The translations under genes were made by a program, and so were the position numbers. From IMG/VR virus record IMGVR_UViG_3300005831_000023: a stretch of 64,000 nucleotides of DNA; one strand, given 5' to 3'. Position 1 is the first letter of the stretch. Each line of letters begins with the position of its first letter. Shown here piece after piece: positions 15,613 to 26,200 of this stretch. The DNA is from a virus. Under the pieces are notes generated by a model, which did not search any database, was not told the origin of the DNA, and was given only the letters and a program-made list of their open reading frames with translations.

Positions 15613-16005
15613 TCACATTTTATTAGTTATTTGAAGCACTAAATATGTTAATCCTGCAATGATTATTGGTGGCATAGCTTTTTCAATTACCATTTTGAAT
15701 ATTTCTTGAAATGACATAGAATTATTCTTTAAATCGTTTATGTTTTGTTGGATTATTTTATTATCTAAGTTATCAATTTTATCATTTAACTTTTGTACAA
15801 GTTCTGTTTGCTGTGATACGTTTGCAGTAAGTTTAATCAACACTTGAGATTGTTTGTCCAGAATATCTTCATGTTTAGTATTTGATTTTGTCAACATCTC
15901 GACTATTGTCTTAAGTTCTGTAACTATATAAGTTAGAGAATTTAAGTTATCGATATCCTTTTGAATTGATTGAAATAAATCTTGTTTTATGCACTCGTGA
16001 GCCAT
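15613..16005 (-). CDS. Putative holin / membrane-anchored coiled-coil protein (C-terminal TM)
   Basis: 130 aa. Helical N-terminal part and a C-terminal hydrophobic helix PPIIIAGLTYLVLQI. Lies immediately upstream of the endolysin. Confidence 0.5.
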   Translation of the reverse strand: MAHECIKQDLFQSIQKDIDNLNSLTYIVTELKTIVEMLTKSNTKHEDILDKQSQVLIKLTANVSQQTELVQKLNDKIDNLDNKIIQQNINDLKNNSMSFQEIFKMVIEKAMPPIIIAGLTYLVLQITNKM

Positions 16006-16037
16006 TTTGATGACCTCTCTTCTATCTATTAAAATAT

Positions 16038-17405
16038 TTACATATTACTTAAATCAATGTTAAATGTAAAACTAAGCTTCATATTGTTTGATGAAGTTTT
16101 TGTTACTGGAGTTGGTAATAATACATGAGAACTAGGTTCTTTAAATAAATAATACTTATCACCATAATATGATTCTATCATTTTATGGTCATTATTATAA
16201 GTTAGCATTGCAACCAATGAGCCATGACTATTTGACCCGTAATCTGCAAGAATGTTCCCATGCTCATCTACTTCTATAATTGAGTATGAATAACTAGATA
16301 CATTAGTACCAGTTGATCCCACTAATATAATAAGAGTATTTCCATCTGTTATCATTCTATGTGTGTCATTTTTAGTTCCATAAGTGTTAAAATTACTATT
16401 TTCAGTATATAGATTATATGTTGCTTCAAGAGTTCCAGTTAAATTAAGTTTATATAAACTCAAATGTGTTGAGTCTACGTATTTTATAAAAAATAATTTA
16501 TTTTTGAAAAAACAAAATTGACAATAGGATGAAATGTAACTACTATCAATATTCCAAGAATCTATAACATTAAAATTCGCATCAAATTTAAACATTTTAC
16601 TAACAAGTGATCCATATGACCAAAAATAAGTACCATCAAATTGAATTCCTCTAAATTTAGGATCTATTTCTTTTAACATAGCCAATGTTATAGTATAATC
16701 TTTATAGTCTTGTACAGAATATTTATGAATTCTTTTGTAAAATGTACTTCTATTAACATAATATGTTTCATTATTTATAACGCACATTGAACCATAATAT
16801 CCAGCACTTGGACTATCATAAAATTCATTAGTGCTAGAACTATACTGTTCAATCGTACATATTTCTGGCTGGTATCGTTCACCAGCAGTAATCTCATATC
16901 CTGGCATCCAATAAATCGATTGAAAAGTTCCATTAGATGAATTTGATGGAAAATCAAATACAAACTTTACACTATTCTTACTCAAAACTTTACTTTCAGC
17001 AAAATTAATTGATCCTCTTTTTGGATCAGCACCGACATAACCAGAAAATCTGTTTGCCCAACCTATAGTAGAACCTTTAATATATTTCATGTTAGCATCT
17101 TCGGAATCAGAATTAGTTGTAAGTGCTATTGTTCCGAATAGATTTGCTAAAACTTTGTCAGAAGTTCTACTATATTTATTAAAGATTTGATTCAAACATA
17201 ACATTTGTACAAAATATCTATTAAAAACGTTACCGACTACATTTTCAGAAACGCATTCTTCAATTTTTTTATTATCTAAATTAAACAATTCTATTTTACA
17301 TTCATTAATCATATTTTGTTGTGGTTTAACTTTATCAAACTGTATTTCTTGACCAGTTTCGAAGTTTTTATAATAATTATTACTTGTAACCCTCATTATT
17401 TTCAC
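16038..17405 (-). CDS. Hypothetical tail-fibre-region structural protein (455 aa)
   Basis: Long ORF in the late operon with a 3-nt gap to the upstream gene. No recognisable motif. Confidence 0.7.
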   Translation of the reverse strand: MKIMRVTSNNYYKNFETGQEIQFDKVKPQQNMINECKIELFNLDNKKIEECVSENVVGNVFNRYFVQMLCLNQIFNKYSRTSDKVLANLFGTIALTTNSDSEDANMKYIKGSTIGWANRFSGYVGADPKRGSINFAESKVLSKNSVKFVFDFPSNSSNGTFQSIYWMPGYEITAGERYQPEICTIEQYSSSTNEFYDSPSAGYYGSMCVINNETYYVNRSTFYKRIHKYSVQDYKDYTITLAMLKEIDPKFRGIQFDGTYFWSYGSLVSKMFKFDANFNVIDSWNIDSSYISSYCQFCFFKNKLFFIKYVDSTHLSLYKLNLTGTLEATYNLYTENSNFNTYGTKNDTHRMITDGNTLIILVGSTGTNVSSYSYSIIEVDEHGNILADYGSNSHGSLVAMLTYNNDHKMIESYYGDKYYLFKEPSSHVLLPTPVTKTSSNNMKLSFTFNIDLSNM

Positions 17406-17408
17406 CTC

Positions 17409-19043
17409 CTAATATTCAGCTGTTGGTGGAGTAAAATTAGATGTCCATTTAGCGTTTCCATTTACAATTCTAAATTCATCCATAAATCCATCGAAATAAG
17501 ATGCAGGAGTATTGCCTAAACATCCAATTAATAAATCATAACTTGAATTTGAGTAAAATGAATTAGTTCCAATATCAGTAGTTGATTGGGAAGTACCGTT
17601 TATATATATACTTAAATCTGTAGAATTTCTAATGACTGATATATGATACCATTCATTTATATTAAATGAATAAGTCATATTTATAGTGTTAATAGCTGAT
17701 CCAGTATATGAATATAGATATTGTAATTTAATAGTTCCACCATCATTAAATATACTTAAACTATATGACAAAGATGCAGAAGAAGAACCTCTAAAACTTA
17801 ATAATCCATAAAATTTAGTGCTTGCTGGAAGCGATTTTAAGTTTATCCAAAAATCTATAGTAAAATTTTTATCTAAAAAATTGAAATCTGAACTCCAAGG
17901 TATTTGAAGATAAGAATAATTAGCTGGAATAAATTGACCAATGCCATTAAACTTAGTAGGTGTATTCCATACAGAAGCGCTATTTGGAGTAACAGCATGA
18001 CCAGTAGTACTAGAATCTATTGGAGTTGATTTGTGTGTTGTATCAAAATGCAATAATAACTTGGTTTCAGAATCATTATCAAATTGATTTGTAGAAGGAG
18101 TAAAATTCGAAGTATATCTTGCAATGTTTGAGTATCTTATTTCATCTAAATATCCATGGAAAAATAAACTTGTTCCTTGTGAACCTATATTTAGCGGAGA
18201 AGTACTATCGTATATTGTAGCAGTACCTATGTTATAACTACCACAACTTACTCCATTAGAATAAACTGTTAAAGAAGTTCCATTCCTAACAATAGCTATG
18301 TGATACCATTTATAAATCTCGTAATAAGGCAATGAAAATGTGGCAGTAGTACCTGATGTACCATTCGTAGAATAGTAAAAATATAAAGTATTTACTGACG
18401 TAATTTCATTAAAATAAATTTTATAACTATATTGAGATGAACTTGCCCATTTAAAAAATAACATACGTTCAGATGTTAGATTAGCAGTTGGCATTACCCA
18501 TAGTTCGATTGTAAAATCAGTATTTCTTAGGTCTAAATCAGAATGATCTGATAATGTTAAGTAAGAACCAGTTGAACCATCTAATCTTAAACTGCCATTT
18601 CCGAATTTTGATAAAGTATTATAAATATTACAAGCATAAGCCATATTAAATACAGTTTTATTGTAGCTAGAATCAGAAATAACTACAGAAAAGTTATCTC
18701 CATTAAAGTGAAGTAACAATGCTGTATTATCCAAAGGATCAATAGTATCAAAGTTATTTTCATCAGTTAAAACTAACCCACCCACCGCACCACTAGAAAC
18801 TACCTCCCAATCTGATGTTTCAGTTGAAGGATTTTTATTAATATTACTATTAGTTTTAGATTTATAAAATGAACCACTATGATAACAAGCTTCATTAATG
18901 CTATATGTTATAAGACTAGACCATACTTTAATTGTAGTATCTACAATCTGTTGAATTGCAGTTTGAGTATCAGTAGCAGTAAGATTTTTATATGGCATAA
19001 ATACCATTTCTTCCGCACTCGTATCATCTTTAAAGAATCCCAT
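17409..19043 (-). CDS. Tail fibre / receptor-binding protein with two LamG (concanavalin-like lectin) domains
   Basis: Two copies of the LamG-type signature: WYHIAIVRNGTSLTVYSNG..GYLDEIRYSNIARYTSNFTP and WYHISVIRNSTDLSIYINGT..GFMDEFRIVNGNAKWTSNFTP. Confidence 0.8.
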   Translation of the reverse strand: MGFFKDDTSAEEMVFMPYKNLTATDTQTAIQQIVDTTIKVWSSLITYSINEACYHSGSFYKSKTNSNINKNPSTETSDWEVVSSGAVGGLVLTDENNFDTIDPLDNTALLLHFNGDNFSVVISDSSYNKTVFNMAYACNIYNTLSKFGNGSLRLDGSTGSYLTLSDHSDLDLRNTDFTIELWVMPTANLTSERMLFFKWASSSQYSYKIYFNEITSVNTLYFYYSTNGTSGTTATFSLPYYEIYKWYHIAIVRNGTSLTVYSNGVSCGSYNIGTATIYDSTSPLNIGSQGTSLFFHGYLDEIRYSNIARYTSNFTPSTNQFDNDSETKLLLHFDTTHKSTPIDSSTTGHAVTPNSASVWNTPTKFNGIGQFIPANYSYLQIPWSSDFNFLDKNFTIDFWINLKSLPASTKFYGLLSFRGSSSASLSYSLSIFNDGGTIKLQYLYSYTGSAINTINMTYSFNINEWYHISVIRNSTDLSIYINGTSQSTTDIGTNSFYSNSSYDLLIGCLGNTPASYFDGFMDEFRIVNGNAKWTSNFTPPTAEY

Positions 19044-19055
19044 TAAATCACCGCC

Positions 19056-19334
19056 TTAATATGCACCTAAATAATTATATTCTACACTTGCAGTAACTAT
19101 TATAAAGCTTGAAATAGGAAAATCATAATAGTCACATGAAAAACCTTGATTAGCTTTTAAATATATAGCATCGCCATTATTAATTTTTATTTGACATGCT
19201 AAATTATTCATAAAACTTAGTTTATAAGCACTAAAATTAGTATAGCTAGATGGCTTATGTTGTTGGATTATTTCTACGTTTGCTGTAGATGTTTGAGTAG
19301 ATGAACATCCAAAATAACCAGAACCGATAATCAT
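19056..19334 (-). CDS. Hypothetical protein (92 aa)
   Basis: ORF in operon context. SD AAAGAGGTG upstream on the minus strand. Confidence 0.6.
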   Translation of the reverse strand: MIIGSGYFGCSSTQTSTANVEIIQQHKPSSYTNFSAYKLSFMNNLACQIKINNGDAIYLKANQGFSCDYYDFPISSFIIVTASVEYNYLGAY

Positions 19335-19373
19335 ATAAGATCACCTCTTTCGAATAGTTAGGTTTAGTTTATG

Positions 19374-19409
19374 GTTAAAAACAAAAAAAGAGTGTTGTTA
19401 GCACTCTTT
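19374..19409 (-). terminator. Rho-independent terminator after the 1231-aa fibre gene
   Basis: Stem AAAGAGTG / CACTCTTT (19387-19394 with 19402-19409), 7-nt loop, followed on the minus strand by TTTTTTTGTTTTT. Confidence 0.6.
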
Positions 19410-19500
19410 AATTATTTAAAAAAAATTGTTGACAGATTACTTAAAAATATGTTACTATTTCAAAGTAGAAATGAACTTCGAAAACTAAATATAAAGCTTA

Positions 19501-22500
19501 TTAAGTGTAGCTACCACCAGGATTTACACCATAATAAATTAATACTAATCCATTTGCACCATTAGCACCGTTATTAGTTCCTGTAGCTCCACCATATCCA
19601 CCTGCTCCGTAACCAGAGCCAGAATGATAATTAGAATCATATGGTGCAATTTGTATAGTACCATATCCGCCTGCTCCTTGACCTCCTCTATACACAGTAG
19701 CAGAACCACCTACACCACCATAACCACCACCACCAGCTCCACCACGACCATCTGGTGATCCATTACTTCCAGTTCCACCAGAACCAGAGCCAGAAAAGTC
19801 TGAAATTGTAGCTGTAGTATTAGTTCCTGCTCCACCATTACCAGATACAGTACCAGAAGCGTTTGATCCATTAGCTGTTTGTCCTGCTCCACCACCTCCA
19901 TATCCTGTTGAGTAACTACCACCTGTGTAACTAGCAGAATTACCACCATTAGAAGCGTGTCCGATGCCTTCTCCACCTCCACCTCCACCGCCTGCCATTC
20001 CACCATTTCCACCAATTCCAGCAATTCCTCCAGAAGAAACTCCTGCTCCTCCAGATCCTCCATTTGCGCTATATGTTGAACCTCCATATACAGCAATAGA
20101 ACTTACACCACCAGAATTTCCATTTCCACCATCACTTCCAGAAATTGTACCACCTGATCCAACGGTTATTGTCATCATTTTTAATGCTGTAACAGTGACT
20201 TGAGTCCTAAGCATATACCCAGATCCACCGCCACCACCACCATTTATGAGTCCAGTACGAGAATTTCCTCCTGCTCCACCTGCACCCACGATTATAAGAT
20301 TATAAGTACCTGTCACAGGTGGCATAAAATAATATGTTCCTGCTATATTATAAACCTCTGCGATAACTTGACTTCCAGTTCCTAACCCATCTAGTTTAGT
20401 CTTATCTGTAGCACTCATTAGACCATTAACACTAGTTGTAGCAACATCTGTACTAGCAATTGCCTTTTCTGAGCCTGCTAATCCAAATTTCCAAACATCA
20501 GCAGTTTCATCCCAAATGATTTGTGCATCAGTAGAAGTACCTCTTTCAGCAATAATATAAGCATTATTGCTTGGTGCTCCAGTAACACTAGAGTTTAAGG
20601 TCAATGCAGTTGAAGCAATACCTAAATTTTGATAAAATGTGCTACCAGATTTTCCAGTTTGAAAAGTTGTAATTGTTGTTACTTCGCTATCTGCTACGCC
20701 ACCGTTACCATAGTTGTAATACATATTTCCATCGTGAAATCTGATAAAACAAGCTTCATCATTAATCTTATATCTCCAAGTTTCAGAACTTGTCCAGACA
20801 TAAGCGTTGTGTATAAGAATTGTTTCTTTACTAGCTGACTCAGCATATTCAGACATTACAGCGCCTAGACCACCAATTTGAATGGCTTTGTAATTTGGAT
20901 GCCATGATTTAAGCGTAGTTGTACCAAATGCATTTCCAGATATACCTGTTTGGAATGATTTTGTCCAAGTGATTTCTGAATCTGCTGCACCTGTATCTGC
21001 GTATTGAAATAAATGGTTTCCATTTACTTGATACATTGCTTCAGCATATCCAGAAGCTATTCTTTTTTCATTTGCACCATTAAAATATGCGTTTCGAAAT
21101 AATCTTGTAACACCAGCAGAATTCATAAAAGATGTATTATTTACTTGCAATATATCAAAATCATCTGCCCATGGTTTAGCACTACCCCCAATTCTAACTT
21201 CTGTAGCTATACCATTTGGCGAAATAAACATAGAATCTATCGCAGTTCCATTTAACATTGTTTGAATTCTAAATTGTCCTGTATTATCTGCTCCGTATCT
21301 TAATGCGCATATATTGGCGATCGGACTTACTATTCCTACATTATCTCTAATAGCGAATTCTATTCCAGAACCAAACCCAGTACCCATATCAGTAGTATGA
21401 GTAGCTAAGAACCTAGCTGAAATCCAACCTGCATCAGATGTTTGATCCGAACGTTCAAATAAAGGACAAGTATCATAAGCAGTATTATTCACATGTAATA
21501 ATCCAATTGGAGAACTAGTTGCTATGCCTATTCTTCCATCAGCTTTGATTCTCATTCTCTCAACTGGATCAATATTAGTTGTTACCGATCTAGTACCAAA
21601 GATTAAATCACCTTTCGTATAATTAGCCACGTCCATTTCTTGATAACCAATAAAAGCAGGCATAATAGAACCACTTGTAGTATATCCGAATCCAATAGTT
21701 CTGTATGAATTAGCAAGATATTCAGCTCCACCAACTTGTAGATAGTTTGATGATATGGAAGTTGGAGCAGTAGATTTAATTAATTTTAAAGTGCCAGAAA
21801 TATTAACATTTGTAGTTCCTGTGGGTATAGTAATTACATCACTACCCAGTTTATTACATATATCAAGATCATAAGTTGTACCGCAACCATATATAACAGT
21901 TCCATTTGAGGAACTATTATAAAAATAAGACTCACTAGTTGTAGCTGTTCCTGGAAAAGATAAGCTTGACGTAGTTTTAAAAAATGGTGCATTAATTCCA
22001 TTACTAGTTGATAGACTACCTGCAAAATAAATCTGAACACTAGTATATCCACTTGGTATTGATCCTGCTGTTGGAGTAATAAATTCCCAACCAGTATTAT
22101 CTATAACGGATATCGAACCATTTGTTATTGGATTTTGTGAAGAGTAAACTTCTAAGTAAGCATAGTTGCCACTATAAGTAGTATGGTACACTATTCTAAC
22201 ATATGAAATTGGTGCTAATTGATAATAACTATGTGATAGTTGATTGAGTTGCATTTGTTGACCATATAAACCACTAGCAGTAAATTTAGTTTGTTGATGA
22301 TATCCAGACATAGCAGTAAATATTGAAAATAATCCATTCAGATGATCTTGTCCACTAGGACTAACTGCAACTCTCCACCATCCAGTCGAGTTTATAGCTG
22401 TTAGTGATTGTGATGATTTATATGGTATATTTGGTGCTGTTAAGTTTCCAGTTATGTTAACTGCTCCGTACAACCCTGTTAGCTTATCTGAGCCACGAAA

Positions 22501-23196
22501 CGATGCAACAGCATTACCTTTTCCATCTCCGATATATAAATCTCTAAATTGTGTTAATCCTGCTTGATAACCACTATAATTAATCCAAAAACTAGCTGGA
22601 CTATTAGCATTATAATTTCCAATAATTTGATTTTGATAAAGTGAAATTCCATCTCCGTTATAACATTTTAATATATCTCCATATAAAGTTGTAGATTTAT
22701 CTGAACCAATGAATTCAGCAATTAAATTATTTTTGCCATCGCCAATATATAAATTCCTAAACTGAGTTGTACCCCATAAATACCCTGTATAATTTAACCA
22801 CATGCTTCCATATCCATTTAATTCTGGTCTAGCGTTAATAGTATTCCCTTTAATTCCAATGGCTTCTCCTTGTGAACTAAATACTATAGCATCTGATTCT
22901 AATACTAATTTATTAGACCATAATGGATAAGATAATGCCGAGTTATAATGTGTAATAAAACTTTTATCAACTCCATTTTCTTGGAATTTAATTCTAGTAT
23001 AACTACCACTTGATGGAGCATTAAAGTATAATATTCCTGCATCTTTATTTATAGTCACATCTCCTGTTATAGTTCCTCCGCCACTACTAAATCCATCTGT
23101 AATGCCATAACCACTCAATGTTGTAGGTTTACTCGTTATGTTTGCCCACGAAGCTGTACCCAAAAAAACTGTATTTGAATCTCCTAATTTAGACAT
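19501..23196 (-). CDS. Tail fibre protein (1231 aa) with a Gly-rich C-terminal region
   Basis: N-terminal KPTTLSGYGITDG motif common in phage fibres. Repeated ..TQFR(D/N)LYIGDGK..GSDK..LYG modules. The C-terminal ~300 aa is dominated by GGxGG tracts. Confidence 0.85.
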   Translation of the reverse strand: MSKLGDSNTVFLGTASWANITSKPTTLSGYGITDGFSSGGGTITGDVTINKDAGILYFNAPSSGSYTRIKFQENGVDKSFITHYNSALSYPLWSNKLVLESDAIVFSSQGEAIGIKGNTINARPELNGYGSMWLNYTGYLWGTTQFRNLYIGDGKNNLIAEFIGSDKSTTLYGDILKCYNGDGISLYQNQIIGNYNANSPASFWINYSGYQAGLTQFRDLYIGDGKGNAVASFRGSDKLTGLYGAVNITGNLTAPNIPYKSSQSLTAINSTGWWRVAVSPSGQDHLNGLFSIFTAMSGYHQQTKFTASGLYGQQMQLNQLSHSYYQLAPISYVRIVYHTTYSGNYAYLEVYSSQNPITNGSISVIDNTGWEFITPTAGSIPSGYTSVQIYFAGSLSTSNGINAPFFKTTSSLSFPGTATTSESYFYNSSSNGTVIYGCGTTYDLDICNKLGSDVITIPTGTTNVNISGTLKLIKSTAPTSISSNYLQVGGAEYLANSYRTIGFGYTTSGSIMPAFIGYQEMDVANYTKGDLIFGTRSVTTNIDPVERMRIKADGRIGIATSSPIGLLHVNNTAYDTCPLFERSDQTSDAGWISARFLATHTTDMGTGFGSGIEFAIRDNVGIVSPIANICALRYGADNTGQFRIQTMLNGTAIDSMFISPNGIATEVRIGGSAKPWADDFDILQVNNTSFMNSAGVTRLFRNAYFNGANEKRIASGYAEAMYQVNGNHLFQYADTGAADSEITWTKSFQTGISGNAFGTTTLKSWHPNYKAIQIGGLGAVMSEYAESASKETILIHNAYVWTSSETWRYKINDEACFIRFHDGNMYYNYGNGGVADSEVTTITTFQTGKSGSTFYQNLGIASTALTLNSSVTGAPSNNAYIIAERGTSTDAQIIWDETADVWKFGLAGSEKAIASTDVATTSVNGLMSATDKTKLDGLGTGSQVIAEVYNIAGTYYFMPPVTGTYNLIIVGAGGAGGNSRTGLINGGGGGGSGYMLRTQVTVTALKMMTITVGSGGTISGSDGGNGNSGGVSSIAVYGGSTYSANGGSGGAGVSSGGIAGIGGNGGMAGGGGGGGEGIGHASNGGNSASYTGGSYSTGYGGGGAGQTANGSNASGTVSGNGGAGTNTTATISDFSGSGSGGTGSNGSPDGRGGAGGGGYGGVGGSATVYRGGQGAGGYGTIQIAPYDSNYHSGSGYGAGGYGGATGTNNGANGANGLVLIYYGVNPGGSYT

Positions 23197-23211
23197 TTAA
23201 ACAACTCCTTT

Positions 23212-26200
23212 CTATAGTAAAGCTAATGTAGTATTGATATGTCTAGCTGTAATAGTACCTCCAACACTGCAATCACCATTTGGAGGAGTTACAGTAATAG
23301 TTAATGTTCCACTTCCTGCCGTTGCTGTTACAACCAAATTATCTGATATAGTGCCACCCATATAATCCTTATAAATTTCATTTAATCTAAATGTTACAGC
23401 ACCTGTTTCTCTGTATATCATCAATAAACCTTTCCAAAAAGTAACACCATTTGGAGCAGTAGTATCTCTACCCATCAAATTGATGTCATATGAGCCATAT
23501 GCATAGTTTGAAATAGTTAGTGTTATAATATTAGTACCGCCAGATAAGACAGTCTTATCTAGACCGTAAATGAGGTTTCCATTGATATTAATAGCACCAT
23601 AAAATGTTGTTGACTTATCTGAACCTGCAAAGCTAACTATAGTAGAGTTCTTGCCATCGCACACATTAGTATTTCTAAATTGAGTTGTACTATTTAGATA
23701 TCCATTATAGTTTAAATTTAAAGTTGCAACTCCGTTATAATCTGGTCTAGATACTATTCCACCACCATCAATTAGCATCATTTCAGAACTACTTGTAAAT
23801 AGAATTTGTTTTGTTGCTGTAATAGCTAGACATTCTCTCTGATAAGTAGTATCCCATGCACTTCCTAATGATGATATTGAACTCTTATAAACACCATTTT
23901 CATCAAATCTAATTTGATTGTAACTAGAAGTTGTAAGGTGGTTAAAATATAATACGCCTGCATCTTTATTAATAGTCAAATCACCTGTTAATGTACCACC
24001 TGTTAAAGGCAAACATCCACTAGCAATACCAGTTAATGCACCAACAAAAGTAGTAGCTGTAACGACTCCATTTGATGTTACAGTAAACTTATCATCTCTA
24101 GATCCAATCAATTTAGTATTATTAGTATCACTTCTATAAGCATCTAGATATAAAACATTTCTGTTAACATCACCTGCTCCAACAATATTATTTAATGTTA
24201 AAGCATATCCACTTGTATTAGAGAAATTAAAAGTAGCTGTACCACTACCATTTATTACTGCTCTCTGAGTATTATTAGTTCCAAATATTAATGGAGCAGA
24301 GTTATAAGTTCCAATTACAAAATCATATACTCCAACACTTGTCAACTCGCACGCACCAACATTTGTTGAAAAGTTTCCTGCACTAGTTGATTTGCGTTTA
24401 ACTAATTGAACATAACTTGCATCTGACCTTACAGCAATTGTAGATGTTATTGATTGCAGAGTACTATTAATATCTAGTTCGCAAGTTGTACCATTTACAT
24501 TTACTTGTCCATTAAAAGTAGTAGACTTATCAGATCCAGTAAATGTAGCTATAGTTCCATATTTACCATCACATATATTTAAGTTTCTATTTCTAGAATC
24601 AGCACCATTGAATCCTCTATAGTTAATATAACCATCACAAGTTGCATCATAGCTATTTCCAAACCATATTTCATTATCATTACCAATTGAAATGCCATAA
24701 GTTGTTGGGCAAAATGTACCAGTACCACGACCATTCATTGTAAATACATTAGTTCCCCAATTTTCAATTGCAAGTAATTTCTCTGTATTAGCTAGAGTAG
24801 TATATCCAGTACCAGAAACATTTGATTTACCACCTGCAATTACAATTGGATAAGCACTAGTTGGAGTAGTACTGCCTGTCAAGCCTATTAATACTAATCC
24901 TCTGTGATCCGTATCACTTACACCCCAAATATCTAATCCACCATTAGTTGAACTATCTATTGTAAACTTACCAAATGTTGCTGTAGTTAATCCATTAGCG
25001 TTTATACCACTCATATCATCATCAATTAGATATAATGAGTTATTATTCATTGTCAAGTTTCCAGTACCATCAAATGCCGAATAATCTCCATTTGGAATAT
25101 CTCCAAACATGTATGGTATTTCATTGATCTTAACTAATATCCATCCATCTGTGCCATGTTCCTTTATAACCATTCCGATTGGGAATCTTCGATAACCATA
25201 TGTTGGAACAGTTGTGGTATAATCTCCGTTACTAGAAGCATATAAACGAGTTCCTTCTGCTATTCCAGTTGTATTCAATCCTCTTACAATACCACTTGTA
25301 CATACAAAACCATTTTCATTATTTAATATATCTTCTGTTGCCATTCCAAGAATACAATCTTGTGTTAAATCTGTCATGTCACTTAATTCAATTTTTGGTT
25401 TATTGCCTAAAGCACCAATAACATGAACTAGTTTACCATTTGCTATAGTAGTTCCTGTACTGTTAACTGCTTTTATTAACTGTTCTTGTCCAACTTGAAG
25501 CACTACATCATTTGATAAATTAATACTTACTGTGCTATATTTGTTATCCCAATACATATTTCCTAATCCAGTTGGTTCGGTTACTATTGCTGTATTGAAG
25601 TTAATATAATCTGGTGTGATACTCATCTTTTCAGAATCTAATTCATTAATTGCATTTTGAACAGTTGTTGAAGAGATATCACCATTTGGAGTGTTAACAA
25701 TCGCACTCGCAGGATGATCTAAATTAGTCAATCCACTTAATGTGCTATGGCTTGTAGCAACGTATGATCCAGTTGCAACCAAAGAAGCTGTTCTAAAATC
25801 AGTTGCTTCAACATATGGAGTAGCATCATTTTGAAGAATTACTCTATATAATAACTTGAACTCAACATATGGTAGATTGCCAAAGTTAATTGTTTCATAA
25901 GTATTATTAGTTCTTGCTTCTGCAATAGTATTATCTTGACGTTGTCCCATTAATGATATTATTGGACATTCTAAATCATTTGTAGCAAATATCCAGTATG
26001 CAACATATTTACTGTTACCTACTGCTGTGATTGTTCCTGCATTATCGTAATAAACATTTCCACCACTAGAATAGTAATATAAGCTTTGTAAAGCAGTCCA
26101 ATTAAAAGCTGTAGAATTTCTGTAGAATACTCTAAGTTGCGATTTAGTAACTATATCATGTCTAATATCTTCGTCAAAAAATACTCCTGCTGTTGTTGCA

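Noticed and set aside
19710-20385. ORFs 19710-20096 (-), 19964-20203 (+) and 20200-20385 (+) with Pro-rich or Glu/Val-rich products
   Set aside because: These are alternative-frame readings of the GGT/GGA-rich codon repeats that encode the Gly-rich fibre tip. They are an artefact of the repeat.
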